A DNA stretch of 64,000 nucleotides, from positions 64,001-128,000 of the forward strand of contig JASMDC010000002.1 of assembly GCA_030753015.1 (NCBI GenBank), in the 5' to 3' direction. The translations under genes were made by a program, and so were the position numbers. Under the pieces are notes generated by a model that saw nothing but the letters and a program-made list of their open reading frames with translations, had not been told where the DNA came from and did not search any database. Origin of the DNA: Candidatus Undinarchaeales archaeon (GTDB lineage: Archaea > SpSt-1190 > JASMDC01). This document shows positions 18,306-26,937 of the stretch, one piece after another. Each line of letters begins with the position of its first letter. Position 1 is the stretch's first letter.

Positions 18306-19540
18306 TAGATGACACCGTACCCGATCAATCGCCACCTAGCCCCGAACCGCCGCGAGAGCGAGGCACGCTCACCCTCCAGCGCGCATACGGGGCGCTTGAG
18401 CGCCACACGCACGTGGTCCTTGTGTTTGTCGACTACCACACCGACGGTAGTGGCCGAACCTACGTTGATCATGAACAGCTCCTTGGGTGAGATGGGTTCC
18501 ACAGCGATCTCTTCCTTGGATCCCACCACGCGTTCGAGGAGAGTGACGTCCATGTCGAGCGTCGAGAGGACCGGGGGCAGCTTGCCGGGGAAGCCAACGA
18601 GGTTGCCCGAGAGCGAGTCCGCCTTGGAGAGCGATGGGTCCAGGGACGTACCGATACCGAACGATCCGCCGGGGGTCACCTCTTTTGTGGCCTTATCCCC
18701 TGTCGTGATGGTCGTGACGGTCGTGTGCAACGGTTCCCAAACGTCCTTGTTCTCGACCTTATGCCTGATTCCTGGCCGGATCTCGATCTCGTCCCCGATC
18801 TTGAGCTTGCCTTGAACGAGAGCACCGCCGAGGACGCCACCCACGAGCTTGGAGGGATGCTTTCCCGGTCGGTTGACATCGAAAGAGCGCGCGACGTGCA
18901 TACGCGGGTCAGCGGACGGGTCCCGCTTGGGTGTCGGGATGATAGTCTCGATGGCCTGGATCAAGGCGTCCACGTTGATACTATGCTGAGCGGAGATCGG
19001 GATGATGGGAGTTGTCTTAGCCCGTTCCTCTCCGAGGAATTGGACGATCTGTTCATAGTTTTCTTGGACCTGCTCACGGGAGACCAGATCGACCTTGTTC
19101 TGGACCACGACGATTTTTTTGACGCCGACTATGTCCAGCGCCATGAGGTGCTCCTTCGTCTGGGGCTGGGGACACTCCTCGTTGGCTGCGACCACTAGCA
19201 GCGCACCGTCCATGATAGCAGCGCCACAGAGCATGGTGGCCATGAGGGTCTCGTGACCCGGAGAGTCAACGAAGGATACGGCCCGCTGGAGCTTTGCCTC
19301 GCCACCGCACGCAACACACCGATTGAGGGTGGTGAAAGCTTTAGGGCCCTTCTCCTTGGGGCACTTGTAGAAGGATGTGTTGGCGTAGCCGAGCTTGATC
19401 GTGATACCGCGTTTGAGCTCCTCGGAGTGGGTGTCAGCCCATACTCCACTGAGCGCTTTAGTGAGCGTTGTCTTTCCGTGGTCGATGTGACCGACGAGTC
19501 CGATATTGACCTCAGGTTGTGAGACTGGATTGGGGGACAT
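18305..19540 (-). CDS. eif2g: Translation initiation factor 2 subunit gamma
   Basis: QPEVNIGLVGHIDHGKTT, RGITIKLGY, DSPGHE and RWRLIGYG. Confidence 0.97.
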   Translation of the reverse strand: MSPNPVSQPEVNIGLVGHIDHGKTTLTKALSGVWADTHSEELKRGITIKLGYANTSFYKCPKEKGPKAFTTLNRCVACGGEAKLQRAVSFVDSPGHETLMATMLCGAAIMDGALLVVAANEECPQPQTKEHLMALDIVGVKKIVVVQNKVDLVSREQVQENYEQIVQFLGEERAKTTPIIPISAQHSINVDALIQAIETIIPTPKRDPSADPRMHVARSFDVNRPGKHPSKLVGGVLGGALVQGKLKIGDEIEIRPGIRHKVENKDVWEPLHTTVTTITTGDKATKEVTPGGSFGIGTSLDPSLSKADSLSGNLVGFPGKLPPVLSTLDMDVTLLERVVGSKEEIAVEPISPKELFMINVGSATTVGVVVDKHKDHVRVALKRPVCALEGERASLSRRFGARWRLIGYGVI

Positions 19541-19544
19541 GTCT

Positions 19545-19949
19545 TCACTCGGCCTTCTCGGCCCCTCCATCATCGCCAGCGAAGGAGCTCTCGAGCTTCT
19601 TCTTCCCAGCCTTGACTACCTTGGTGTTGATCTGTAGGATGGCGTCCGAGATCGTGTTCCCACGCACACTCTTACGCCGCCGAATACCATCGGATGTCGG
19701 TCGGTAGCCGGGCGGTCCGGCGAGGAGCACCTTCTTACGAGCTGCACCTTCGACATCCTTACGCATGGCGAAGCCTTGCCTATCTGAGCCACCTGTGATC
19801 ATGAGCTCGTAACCGGTGAGACCGAGGACTTCGCCCCGGAAGGTCTCACCTATTCTCTTTCCGATGAGGCTTTTCATCTCATCCCCAGAGAGTTCCTTCT
19901 GGTAGCACTTGCCTCCCTTGATATCCGATATCGTTACTTTGAACACCAT
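19545..19949 (-). CDS. rps6e: 30S ribosomal protein S6e
   Basis: ITGGSDRQGFAMR and RRRKSVRGNTI. Confidence 0.96.
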   Translation of the reverse strand: MVFKVTISDIKGGKCYQKELSGDEMKSLIGKRIGETFRGEVLGLTGYELMITGGSDRQGFAMRKDVEGAARKKVLLAGPPGYRPTSDGIRRRKSVRGNTISDAILQINTKVVKAGKKKLESSFAGDDGGAEKAE

Positions 19950-19960
19950 TATCATCATCC

Positions 19961-21733
19961 CTATCCGAGCGCCCACAACGGATTGCGAGTGCGCTTTATA
20001 TCGACGATCTGCTGAAGCGCCGCCTTCTCACTTCCCCGGATAACTTCCAATATCTTTTTAATTGTTCTGTAATCGGGCTCCGGGATATCGGTGAGGAGAA
20101 TATCGTCCTCATCGAAGTCTTTTCCTACCTTTGCGGAGTCGATGGAGAGCGCGACCTGCATACCCTCATCGGCTTTCCGCACGTTTTCACCTTTGTCCTG
20201 TACACCCTTGATACGCCCCACACAATCGCCTTTCAGGGTCATGAGGGGATACCCGGGCTTGACGAGGCCGCCGAGGATCTCCACACCTACCACGGCCGGC
20301 TTGCACTGCCTGAACACGTAGCCACGGAGCACGTGGACCTTGCCGGCCCGCACCACGTTGGAGAGTAGCTCCTCCTTCTCCTTTGCCCTTTCAGTAGTGG
20401 TCCACTCGTCGTAATCCTCGAGGAGCCGGTAGATGACGGTGTTGTTGAACACCGGTACATTCTTGTTTCTGGATAGATCTTCGGCATCGGGAAGGACCGA
20501 TGTGTTGAATCCGAGCACGATGCCGCGGTAACGGTCGGTCTTGCCCACTTGTTCGGCCTTGAGCACATCGCGCTTGGTGACACGTCCCACATCAGCCCGG
20601 CTGATCGGGATCTCAAGGGCTTTGAGCATGCCCACGAGGGCCTCCAGGGCGCCCAGCGTATCGGCCTTGATGACGATACCGTTGACGTTCTGTTCAACGA
20701 GGACGTCGCTCACCTCTTGCGTAGCTGCCTGGACGAGCCGCTTGACCTCCTTCTTGTTCTTTGCCACGGTCAGGGTCGTACCTGCCATAGCGTTCTCGAG
20801 GCCAGGTGCCGCGATCTTGATGCCGGCTGCCGCCTGCACCTCCTTGACCGAGTCGAACTTGTCCCTCGGATCGCGGATCTCGTCGAGGGGTTTGGGGTTG
20901 AGCAGGGCACGCACACGGGCCACGATGGGTGGTCCAAGCGAGCCTACGATGATCGTATCACCCTCCTTGATGGTACCATCGTAGAGGATGACATCGAGGG
21001 TCGTGCCCAGACCCCGCTCCTCCTTCACTTCGAGGATGGTGCCCTTGCCAGGGGCGCTCACGTCCACCGCGAGGCCCTCCTTGAGGAATTGCTGAGTGAG
21101 CCCGGACAGCACCATGAGGAGCTCGCCGATACCTTCCCCGGTCTTTGCAGAGACCGGAACGATGGACACCTGCTTGGCAAAGTCGGCGATCCGGTCAAAC
21201 CGCTCTCCCTCGAATCCCTGCTCCGAGAGCTGGCCTACGAGCGTATAAATCCGCTCCTCGAGCTTATCCACGACGTCCTTCGACTGCTGCTTCAGGCTCT
21301 CTGTGATGCAGGTGGTATCCCCTTTCTTCCATCCATGGATCATGTCCACCTTGTTGGCGGCCACGAGGAAGGGTGTCTTCGATTGACGGAGAATGGTCAG
21401 CGACTCGATGGTCTGGGGCCGGAACCCGTCATTGAGATCAACGACAAGTAGAGCAAAATCGGAGAGAGCACCACCGCGCTTGCGGAGGCTCGTGAACGCG
21501 TGGTGGCCCGGAGTGTCGATGAATAGCAATCCCGGGATGCTCAGGCAAGTGTCCCCCTTCATGAGCCCCTTACAATATGACTCTACGACGTCGAGGGGTA
21601 CACAGGTGGCACCTATATGCTGAGTGATACCACCAGACTCACGGCCAGCTACCGATGTCTTCCTGATCCAGTCCAAGATGCTCGTCTTACCATGGTCCAC
21701 ATGGCCGAGCACGGAGACTATCGGTTGGCGCAA
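19961..21733 (-). CDS. infB: Translation initiation factor aIF5B (IF-2), no intein
   Basis: RQPIVSVLGHVDHGKT, GGITQHIGA, DTPGH, NKVD and DTLGALEAL. Confidence 0.97.
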   Translation of the reverse strand: MRQPIVSVLGHVDHGKTSILDWIRKTSVAGRESGGITQHIGATCVPLDVVESYCKGLMKGDTCLSIPGLLFIDTPGHHAFTSLRKRGGALSDFALLVVDLNDGFRPQTIESLTILRQSKTPFLVAANKVDMIHGWKKGDTTCITESLKQQSKDVVDKLEERIYTLVGQLSEQGFEGERFDRIADFAKQVSIVPVSAKTGEGIGELLMVLSGLTQQFLKEGLAVDVSAPGKGTILEVKEERGLGTTLDVILYDGTIKEGDTIIVGSLGPPIVARVRALLNPKPLDEIRDPRDKFDSVKEVQAAAGIKIAAPGLENAMAGTTLTVAKNKKEVKRLVQAATQEVSDVLVEQNVNGIVIKADTLGALEALVGMLKALEIPISRADVGRVTKRDVLKAEQVGKTDRYRGIVLGFNTSVLPDAEDLSRNKNVPVFNNTVIYRLLEDYDEWTTTERAKEKEELLSNVVRAGKVHVLRGYVFRQCKPAVVGVEILGGLVKPGYPLMTLKGDCVGRIKGVQDKGENVRKADEGMQVALSIDSAKVGKDFDEDDILLTDIPEPDYRTIKKILEVIRGSEKAALQQIVDIKRTRNPLWALG

Positions 21734-21776
21734 CGCTGTCTACTCCCGGGGGAAGCCGCGGTCGATGCCGCGGCGT

Positions 21777-21953
21777 TCAGGGCTTTTTCTTCTGCCCCTG
21801 CTCGGTCCACTTGACCCGGCGGGGAACCCTAGAGAGGTTCAGGAGGTTGTTGTCGCACTTGCTCGAGCAGAAGTACAGGATAGTACCGTCGTCCTTGACG
21901 AACATCATCCCCGAACCGGGCTCGATTTCTTTTCCACAGAAGCTGCAGTCCAT
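21777..21953 (-). CDS. rpl24e: 50S ribosomal protein L24e
   Basis: Not in the ORF track; [33 protein letters not shown]...PRRVKWT. Confidence 0.95.
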   Translation of the reverse strand: MDCSFCGKEIEPGSGMMFVKDDGTILYFCSSKCDNNLLNLSRVPRRVKWTEQGQKKKP

Positions 21954-21960
21954 AGTGCTC

Positions 21961-22212
21961 CTACCTCGCTGACAACTTTGATGCCTGCATGGTTGTTTCC
22001 ATAAGCATCAGTATGTCGCCCGTCCTGATGGGCCCTCTGATGTTGCGTACGATGATCTTACCTTGGTCGCGCCCGACGAGAACCTCGCATCGGACCTGGA
22101 TGACCTCACCACGAACGCCGGTGCGTCCCATGATCTCGACCACCCGAGCGGGTGTTCCCAGGTCGGATGCAGCCGATTTCGCCTCTTCCTTCTTTTCAGC
22201 ACCTCGTGCCAC
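21961..22212 (-). CDS. rps28e: 30S ribosomal protein S28e
   Basis: [22 protein letters not shown]...[13 protein letters not shown]. Confidence 0.95.
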   Translation of the reverse strand: MARGAEKKEEAKSAASDLGTPARVVEIMGRTGVRGEVIQVRCEVLVGRDQGKIIVRNIRGPIRTGDILMLMETTMQASKLSAR

Positions 22213-22221
22213 GGCGCTCCC

Positions 22222-22596
22222 CTACTTATTCTTCAGGAGCTCGGCGACCTTGGCCTGGATCTCCTCGATAATGGGCTTGGCATTGCCAGGCTTTGTGATG
22301 GCGATGGCCGCCGAGGGTACGTCGATGCCGGCCGCGGCGCCCAGTTCCACTTTGCTCTGGACATATACATAGGGTACCTCCTTCTCCTCACAGAGGGGGG
22401 GGAGGTGGGCCACGACCTCGGGGGGCGTGACGTCTTCGGCGATGACCACGAGGCTCGCCTGCTTGCGTTCGATGACCTTCGTGGCCTCATTGCTGCCCTT
22501 CTTGAGCTTACCGGAGGTCTTGGCGACCTCAATGGCCTCAAGGGCCTTGTCGGCGAGCTCTTTGGGCGTATCATACTTCACATGAATCGCTGCCAT
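22222..22596 (-). CDS. rpl7ae: 50S ribosomal protein L7Ae
   Basis: [29 protein letters not shown] and LGAAAG. Confidence 0.97.
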   Translation of the reverse strand: MAAIHVKYDTPKELADKALEAIEVAKTSGKLKKGSNEATKVIERKQASLVVIAEDVTPPEVVAHLPPLCEEKEVPYVYVQSKVELGAAAGIDVPSAAIAITKPGNAKPIIEEIQAKVAELLKNK

Positions 22597-22602
22597 TTCA
22601 TT

Positions 22603-22646
22603 CAACCTTCCTCGGAATAAATTCCGTCATCGTTCATTGGTTTGGT
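22603..22646 (-). promoter_or_regulatory. Putative L7Ae autoregulatory K-turn leader
   Basis: Leader AACCAAUGAACGAUGA-CGGAA-UUUA-UUCCG-AGGAAGGUUG: a hairpin flanked by GA steps next to the start codon. Confidence 0.55.
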
Positions 22647-22667
22647 TGGTGGTGTGGAACGGTTCAA

Positions 22668-22675
22668 TTTATAAG
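22668..22675 (-). promoter_or_regulatory. TATA box of the rpl7ae operon
   Basis: CTTATAAA preceded by a purine-rich BRE-like segment. Confidence 0.65.
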
Positions 22676-22769
22676 ATTTCCTCAAGGACCGCGTTGCCTT
22701 TTTCCCCCTTGCCGGTCGTCACGAATCCATTTAGTTCACGGACGATATAATCCCGATCGGTGTGAATTT

Positions 22770-23075
22770 ATGGCTGACAAGGAAAATGCCAACACAGAAA
22801 GCGACATTAAGACCGATGAGGTCTTCGAGCAGGAAGAGGCCGTGAAGGTGCGGCCGCTGACCACGTACTACGTGCCCATCAAGGAGAACCTGGGGTTCCG
22901 GTTCGTGGTTTGGCCTACTAACCTCTCCATCGAGAAGGTCTCCAAGAACCTGGAGACCACCCGATGGGACAGGCTTCAGTCACTGAGCCTCACCCGCCGT
23001 TCCGTGGAGTTCCTCGCCACTCGTGCGGGCTCCATGCTCGAACAGTGGGACGTGTGCGCAAAGGCTGCTCGGTAG
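22770..23075 (+). CDS. Hypothetical 101-aa protein (possibly PC4-like nucleic-acid binder)
   Basis: Clean ORF with GGTG RBS and TATA-like GATATAA at about 22744; followed by a terminator. Confidence 0.7.
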   Translation: MADKENANTESDIKTDEVFEQEEAVKVRPLTTYYVPIKENLGFRFVVWPTNLSIEKVSKNLETTRWDRLQSLSLTRRSVEFLATRAGSMLEQWDVCAKAAR

Positions 23076-23107
23076 AATTTTTCGTACACGGATCATCCCT
23101 GGGTGCC

Positions 23108-23140
23108 GGGTAGGGGCTCATCACCTCTACCCCTTTTTTT
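23108..23140 (+). terminator. Hairpin plus T7 terminator
   Basis: GGGTAGGGG-ctcatca-CCTCTACCC followed by TTTTTTT. Confidence 0.7.
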
Positions 23141-23169
23141 CCCTTATCCCCCGCCAGCGGGCACCCCTG

Positions 23170-23277
23170 GTATGAGCGGGAGGGGATCGATGAAGACGTG
23201 CGCGGATGGGGATTACCGACGTCCCTAAGGAACACGGTCCGTCCGAGATCCCCACGGTCGCTCGCTCAATGCACACA
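23170..23277 (+). ncRNA. Candidate K-turn small RNA (box C/D-like)
   Basis: GGGGATC/GATCCCC stem enclosing C-like ATGAAGA (23190), D'-like CCGA (23216), C'-like CTAAGGA (23225) and D-like CCGA (23243); outer stem GAGCGGG/CTCGCTC. Confidence 0.6.
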
Positions 23278-23279
23278 TC

Positions 23280-26200
23280 CTACTGGTAGCCGCCGCTGCC
23301 CCACTTCTGTTGGCTCTGTTGTTGACCACCACTGTAGGATGTCATGGCCTTCTGCAGGTTGGCCTTCATGGTGGCCTTGCGGGCCGCTTCCTTTTGCATC
23401 ATGAACGCCACACCGCCACCGGCAAGGAGCAGGATCCCGCCCAATGCAGCGATGGCATAGAGCATGGCGGACGAACCTCCCTCGGTCGTCGTCCCTGAGA
23501 CCTCCGGATCGGGAGTTGCCTCTGGCGTAGCATAGGGATCCTCGCCGAAGTCGTCGTCACCGGCACCCTCCGTTGGCTCCGGGGTCGCGGCGGGTGTCGG
23601 GGCCGGCGTCGCAGTGGGCTTGGGCGTGGAGGTCGGCTGACCTGTGCCCGTGTCGATGTCGTCAAGGGTCCGCGTGACCACACGGGTCACCTTGTTGAAG
23701 CTCAGCTGCTTGCCCCCGTCGAGACCCAGGGTGAGCTTCTTGTTCTTGTCGTCCATCTCGGCGACCTTACAGCGGAAGTCCACGGCGAGCTCGATCTCCT
23801 TGCCATCCTCGACGGTGTACTCCTTGTCCTTGATGGAGAGGCAGTTCTTCAGTTCGCCGTCGAGAGTGAGCTTGAAAGTGGCGGGGGCCGTGCCGTTGTT
23901 CTTGATCTTGATGACCGAGCCCTTCTCGAGCTTGGGCGGGATGTCGACCACGATGTTGGGTCGGAGAATGTCGATGTTGATAGGCATGGATTCGGTGATC
24001 TCGCCCGGCTTTGTCTGAGAGGTGACAGTTGCCAATAGGGTGTACGTGCCCGCAGCGTTCTCGGGGAGGCTCATGGTGAAGGGGATAACGAGCGGCTGAT
24101 AGGCTGCTGCCTTCAAGGACCGGGTGATGGGGGAGCCGAGAACGGTATCACCGGTCCCGTTGATCACGATGTCGTAGGTGTCCTCCACGTTCCCGGTGTT
24201 GGAGACGTTGACGAAGAACTCGACGGTCTCGCCAGGAACACCCGAAAGACTGGAGGTCGCTGACATCTTCATCCCGAAATGGTCCTCCTTGGTGATGATG
24301 AGCTCCAGTTCCGTGCTCAGTGCCGCGTCCGCGATGCCCAAGGGGTGGGCCGTCACGATGAACTTGCACTCATCGCTCTTGTCGGTGGCCGCAGTGATGT
24401 TGAGAGCGATGCTGTACGCCTCCATGGGTTCGGTCTCCTTCTCGATGGCACCGATGAACTTCGAGCAGGCGTCATTGGATGATAGTTTGAAACGGATGGG
24501 GAATCCCTGCCTGTTGGTGAGGCTCATGATAGCCGATGCCTTGTCCCCTGGTCGGAGGTAGAGCTTGGGATGGGAGTTGGTGATGTTGAACGAAGGAGTG
24601 AACTTGAAGGGGCTCATAGTGATAGTTCTTTCTGAGCATCCCGAGGCAGGATCCTCGGAGCATACCATGAGTGTCGCGTTCACCGTGTTCGTGGCAGCGA
24701 GCTCGCACTTACCCATGAGATGGGATATGAAGGTGAACTTGTAGTCGGTGATGGTGGAGGTGAGCTCCTTGGCGTTGCCAAGGGTCGGTGTGGCGAGCAT
24801 GGTAGTAAGGCTCGTGCGAAGGGCGTCATACGCCGTCTGGTTGATATTGATCAGCAGTCCCTTGGTCGTGCCGAACGCAACGGTATAGCTCCCGGCGAGT
24901 TCCGACACCTCGCCCGTGACCATCGTCGCCAGCTGGCTGAAGAAGAGGCTCTTGTCAAGGTGGGCAATGAGCTTCTTCTCGCCGTCTGTAAGAGCGCATC
25001 CGTATATTGTGGCCGTGTGGTTTGTTGTCCGTTCGGAGTACTTGGAGAGCTGAACCTGGTTCATCGAGAAGGCTGGCGTTATGGTGTCGAGGATGACCGA
25101 GTAGTAGACGAGCTCGGCCAGGTTGCCCTCGTTCCGGAACGATAGGGCACAGCTGGTCTCGGCCAGTTCGCCGGCCGGGGGCCCGGCCACTGAGCACGAA
25201 TACGTCCCAATGTCGAACTTCTTGAACCGGGCCGCACCTACTTCCACGCTCTTCGTCCCGACAAGAAGACCGTCACGTGTGTTGTAGACCTCGATCTTGA
25301 CAGTCCCCGTCTCCTCGCCGTCCGACCAGAAGAGGACCTGGGTCTCGGCCTCATCGCCCTTCACCACGGTGATGTTCTGACATGGAAGAGTTATCTCCTC
25401 CTTTCGGACCAGGGCATGCCATCCTGTCGATGCCTTTGCACAGAGGCGGATATCGCCGTCGACCATGTTATTGCGCATGGTGAAGGCCACGGTGTTGTTC
25501 TGGACAGGGACCACTTCTATCGTGTCCGGAGCATAGATGTCGACAGGGGTGATGACAAGGTAGACCGTCGTGATGTTGTACTCGACTCCGTACTCGGCAG
25601 ATGAGAAGTTCCACGAGACCACGCCCTCGCCAGAGATCCCGTGAGCGAGGAAGTCAAGATCCCACTCCGTGGGCACCTGGCGCACCATATCCTGAACCTG
25701 ACCGTTGATCTCACGTGTGATGAGCACCTCATTCTCAACGTACCATTTCGGGAGGGCGGAGATGGGCTGAGGATCCTCCCCGTACTTCACGTGGGTGTAG
25801 TTCGATGTGTAGCGATAGACTAGTCGTCCGTCGATGACCTCTCGGCTAGCGGCGGTGAGCCTTCCTGAGAGCTTCGAGAGCTGGGACACGTCGATGCGAG
25901 GTTTTCCCTCTTGATAGGATAAGTGGGTTGTGTTCCGGACGAGGGCGTACATGACGGTGTCCTTGAACAGCATGCACTTGGTCTTGACCGTCTGGATCGC
26001 GTTCTCGTCACGGTGGAAGCTGAAGCGCCATGACTGGGGCGGGAACTCCATATGGGCGTAATACTCACCACTTGCCATGTAGTTGTCCACAACGATGATG
26101 TCCTCGTTGTTGTATCCCACCCAAAGAACCGCTGTCGAGGCATCGTTCTCGCTCGCACAGTCGATGTCCCGGTGGTAGACCGTGATGTTGCCGATATCCT

Positions 26201-26894
26201 TTTTGGTATCCATTCCATCAGCGCAGTCGAAGGTGAAATTGACCACCTCGGTATTGTTGCCTTCGATCCGTAGTTTCCCCTCGGACTCGTCGAACTCGAG
26301 GAATGTGAAGGAGTACTTGATGAGGAGGGGATAGAACCCATCAGCGAGCATGTTTGTGACGTAATAGGCGACGTTCTGTTCGTCCCCCAGGCCGAGCTCG
26401 ACACGGCGTCCGACTGATACTGGGAGGTCCCGGGCCTCCTTTCCCACGGCGCACTCGATGAACCCACCCTCCACAAGGTCGAGCCGAGTGAGGTCATCGA
26501 TGGTGAAGTCGACCTGGATGGGGTCCGTAATCATCAGTTCAGGTGGCTCTGATGTGTAGTTGTGGTAGGTAAAGGTGAAGTTCACTTGGCCATCGAGAGC
26601 ACCGGGGCAGTACACGGTGGCCGTTGTCGAGCCACCGCTCTGGAGGATGCTGTCCTTGAAGAGAATGCGGTGCTGGTCGCCAGGTGTGCATCCACCTGAG
26701 CTGATGATATCGTCCTGGAAGAATGGATAGAGGGATATGGGGGATGTGTCGGTGGTTATATTGAAGAAGAGGAAGTACTTGCCATGCGCATCCACCACTT
26801 CGACATCATCGATCGATAGCTCGGCCGCCGTCAAGGGCACCAGGACCGAGGCCAAGGCGATGATAGTGATAAGCGCTCTATAGGCAGGACTCAT
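23280..26894 (-). CDS. Large single-pass surface protein, Ig-like repeats, no vWA head (paralog 3)
   Basis: Signal peptide, many NxS/T sequons, VSNTGNVEDTY-type Ig motifs, P/T linker, TM and Q/G/Y tail. Confidence 0.85.
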   Translation of the reverse strand: MSPAYRALITIIALASVLVPLTAAELSIDDVEVVDAHGKYFLFFNITTDTSPISLYPFFQDDIISSGGCTPGDQHRILFKDSILQSGGSTTATVYCPGALDGQVNFTFTYHNYTSEPPELMITDPIQVDFTIDDLTRLDLVEGGFIECAVGKEARDLPVSVGRRVELGLGDEQNVAYYVTNMLADGFYPLLIKYSFTFLEFDESEGKLRIEGNNTEVVNFTFDCADGMDTKKDIGNITVYHRDIDCASENDASTAVLWVGYNNEDIIVVDNYMASGEYYAHMEFPPQSWRFSFHRDENAIQTVKTKCMLFKDTVMYALVRNTTHLSYQEGKPRIDVSQLSKLSGRLTAASREVIDGRLVYRYTSNYTHVKYGEDPQPISALPKWYVENEVLITREINGQVQDMVRQVPTEWDLDFLAHGISGEGVVSWNFSSAEYGVEYNITTVYLVITPVDIYAPDTIEVVPVQNNTVAFTMRNNMVDGDIRLCAKASTGWHALVRKEEITLPCQNITVVKGDEAETQVLFWSDGEETGTVKIEVYNTRDGLLVGTKSVEVGAARFKKFDIGTYSCSVAGPPAGELAETSCALSFRNEGNLAELVYYSVILDTITPAFSMNQVQLSKYSERTTNHTATIYGCALTDGEKKLIAHLDKSLFFSQLATMVTGEVSELAGSYTVAFGTTKGLLININQTAYDALRTSLTTMLATPTLGNAKELTSTITDYKFTFISHLMGKCELAATNTVNATLMVCSEDPASGCSERTITMSPFKFTPSFNITNSHPKLYLRPGDKASAIMSLTNRQGFPIRFKLSSNDACSKFIGAIEKETEPMEAYSIALNITAATDKSDECKFIVTAHPLGIADAALSTELELIITKEDHFGMKMSATSSLSGVPGETVEFFVNVSNTGNVEDTYDIVINGTGDTVLGSPITRSLKAAAYQPLVIPFTMSLPENAAGTYTLLATVTSQTKPGEITESMPINIDILRPNIVVDIPPKLEKGSVIKIKNNGTAPATFKLTLDGELKNCLSIKDKEYTVEDGKEIELAVDFRCKVAEMDDKNKKLTLGLDGGKQLSFNKVTRVVTRTLDDIDTGTGQPTSTPKPTATPAPTPAATPEPTEGAGDDDFGEDPYATPEATPDPEVSGTTTEGGSSAMLYAIAALGGILLLAGGGVAFMMQKEAARKATMKANLQKAMTSYSGGQQQSQQKWGSGGYQ

Positions 26895-26937
26895 AAGAGG
26901 ACTATAACGTCTGTGTGCTATTTATGTCTTAGTATGG

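Noticed and set aside
19961-21733. Intein in aIF5B
   Set aside because: Length (590 aa) and motifs are continuous; no intein signatures
23090-23280. SRP (7S) RNA or RNase P RNA in the structured intergenic region
   Set aside because: Too short, and I found neither the SRP helix 8 motif (CCAGG..GGAA..AGCA) nor the RNase P GAGGAAAGUCC motif
23280-26894. Third surface protein as an integrin-alpha counterpart
   Set aside because: No FG-GAP/beta-propeller repeats; it is a headless paralog of the other two
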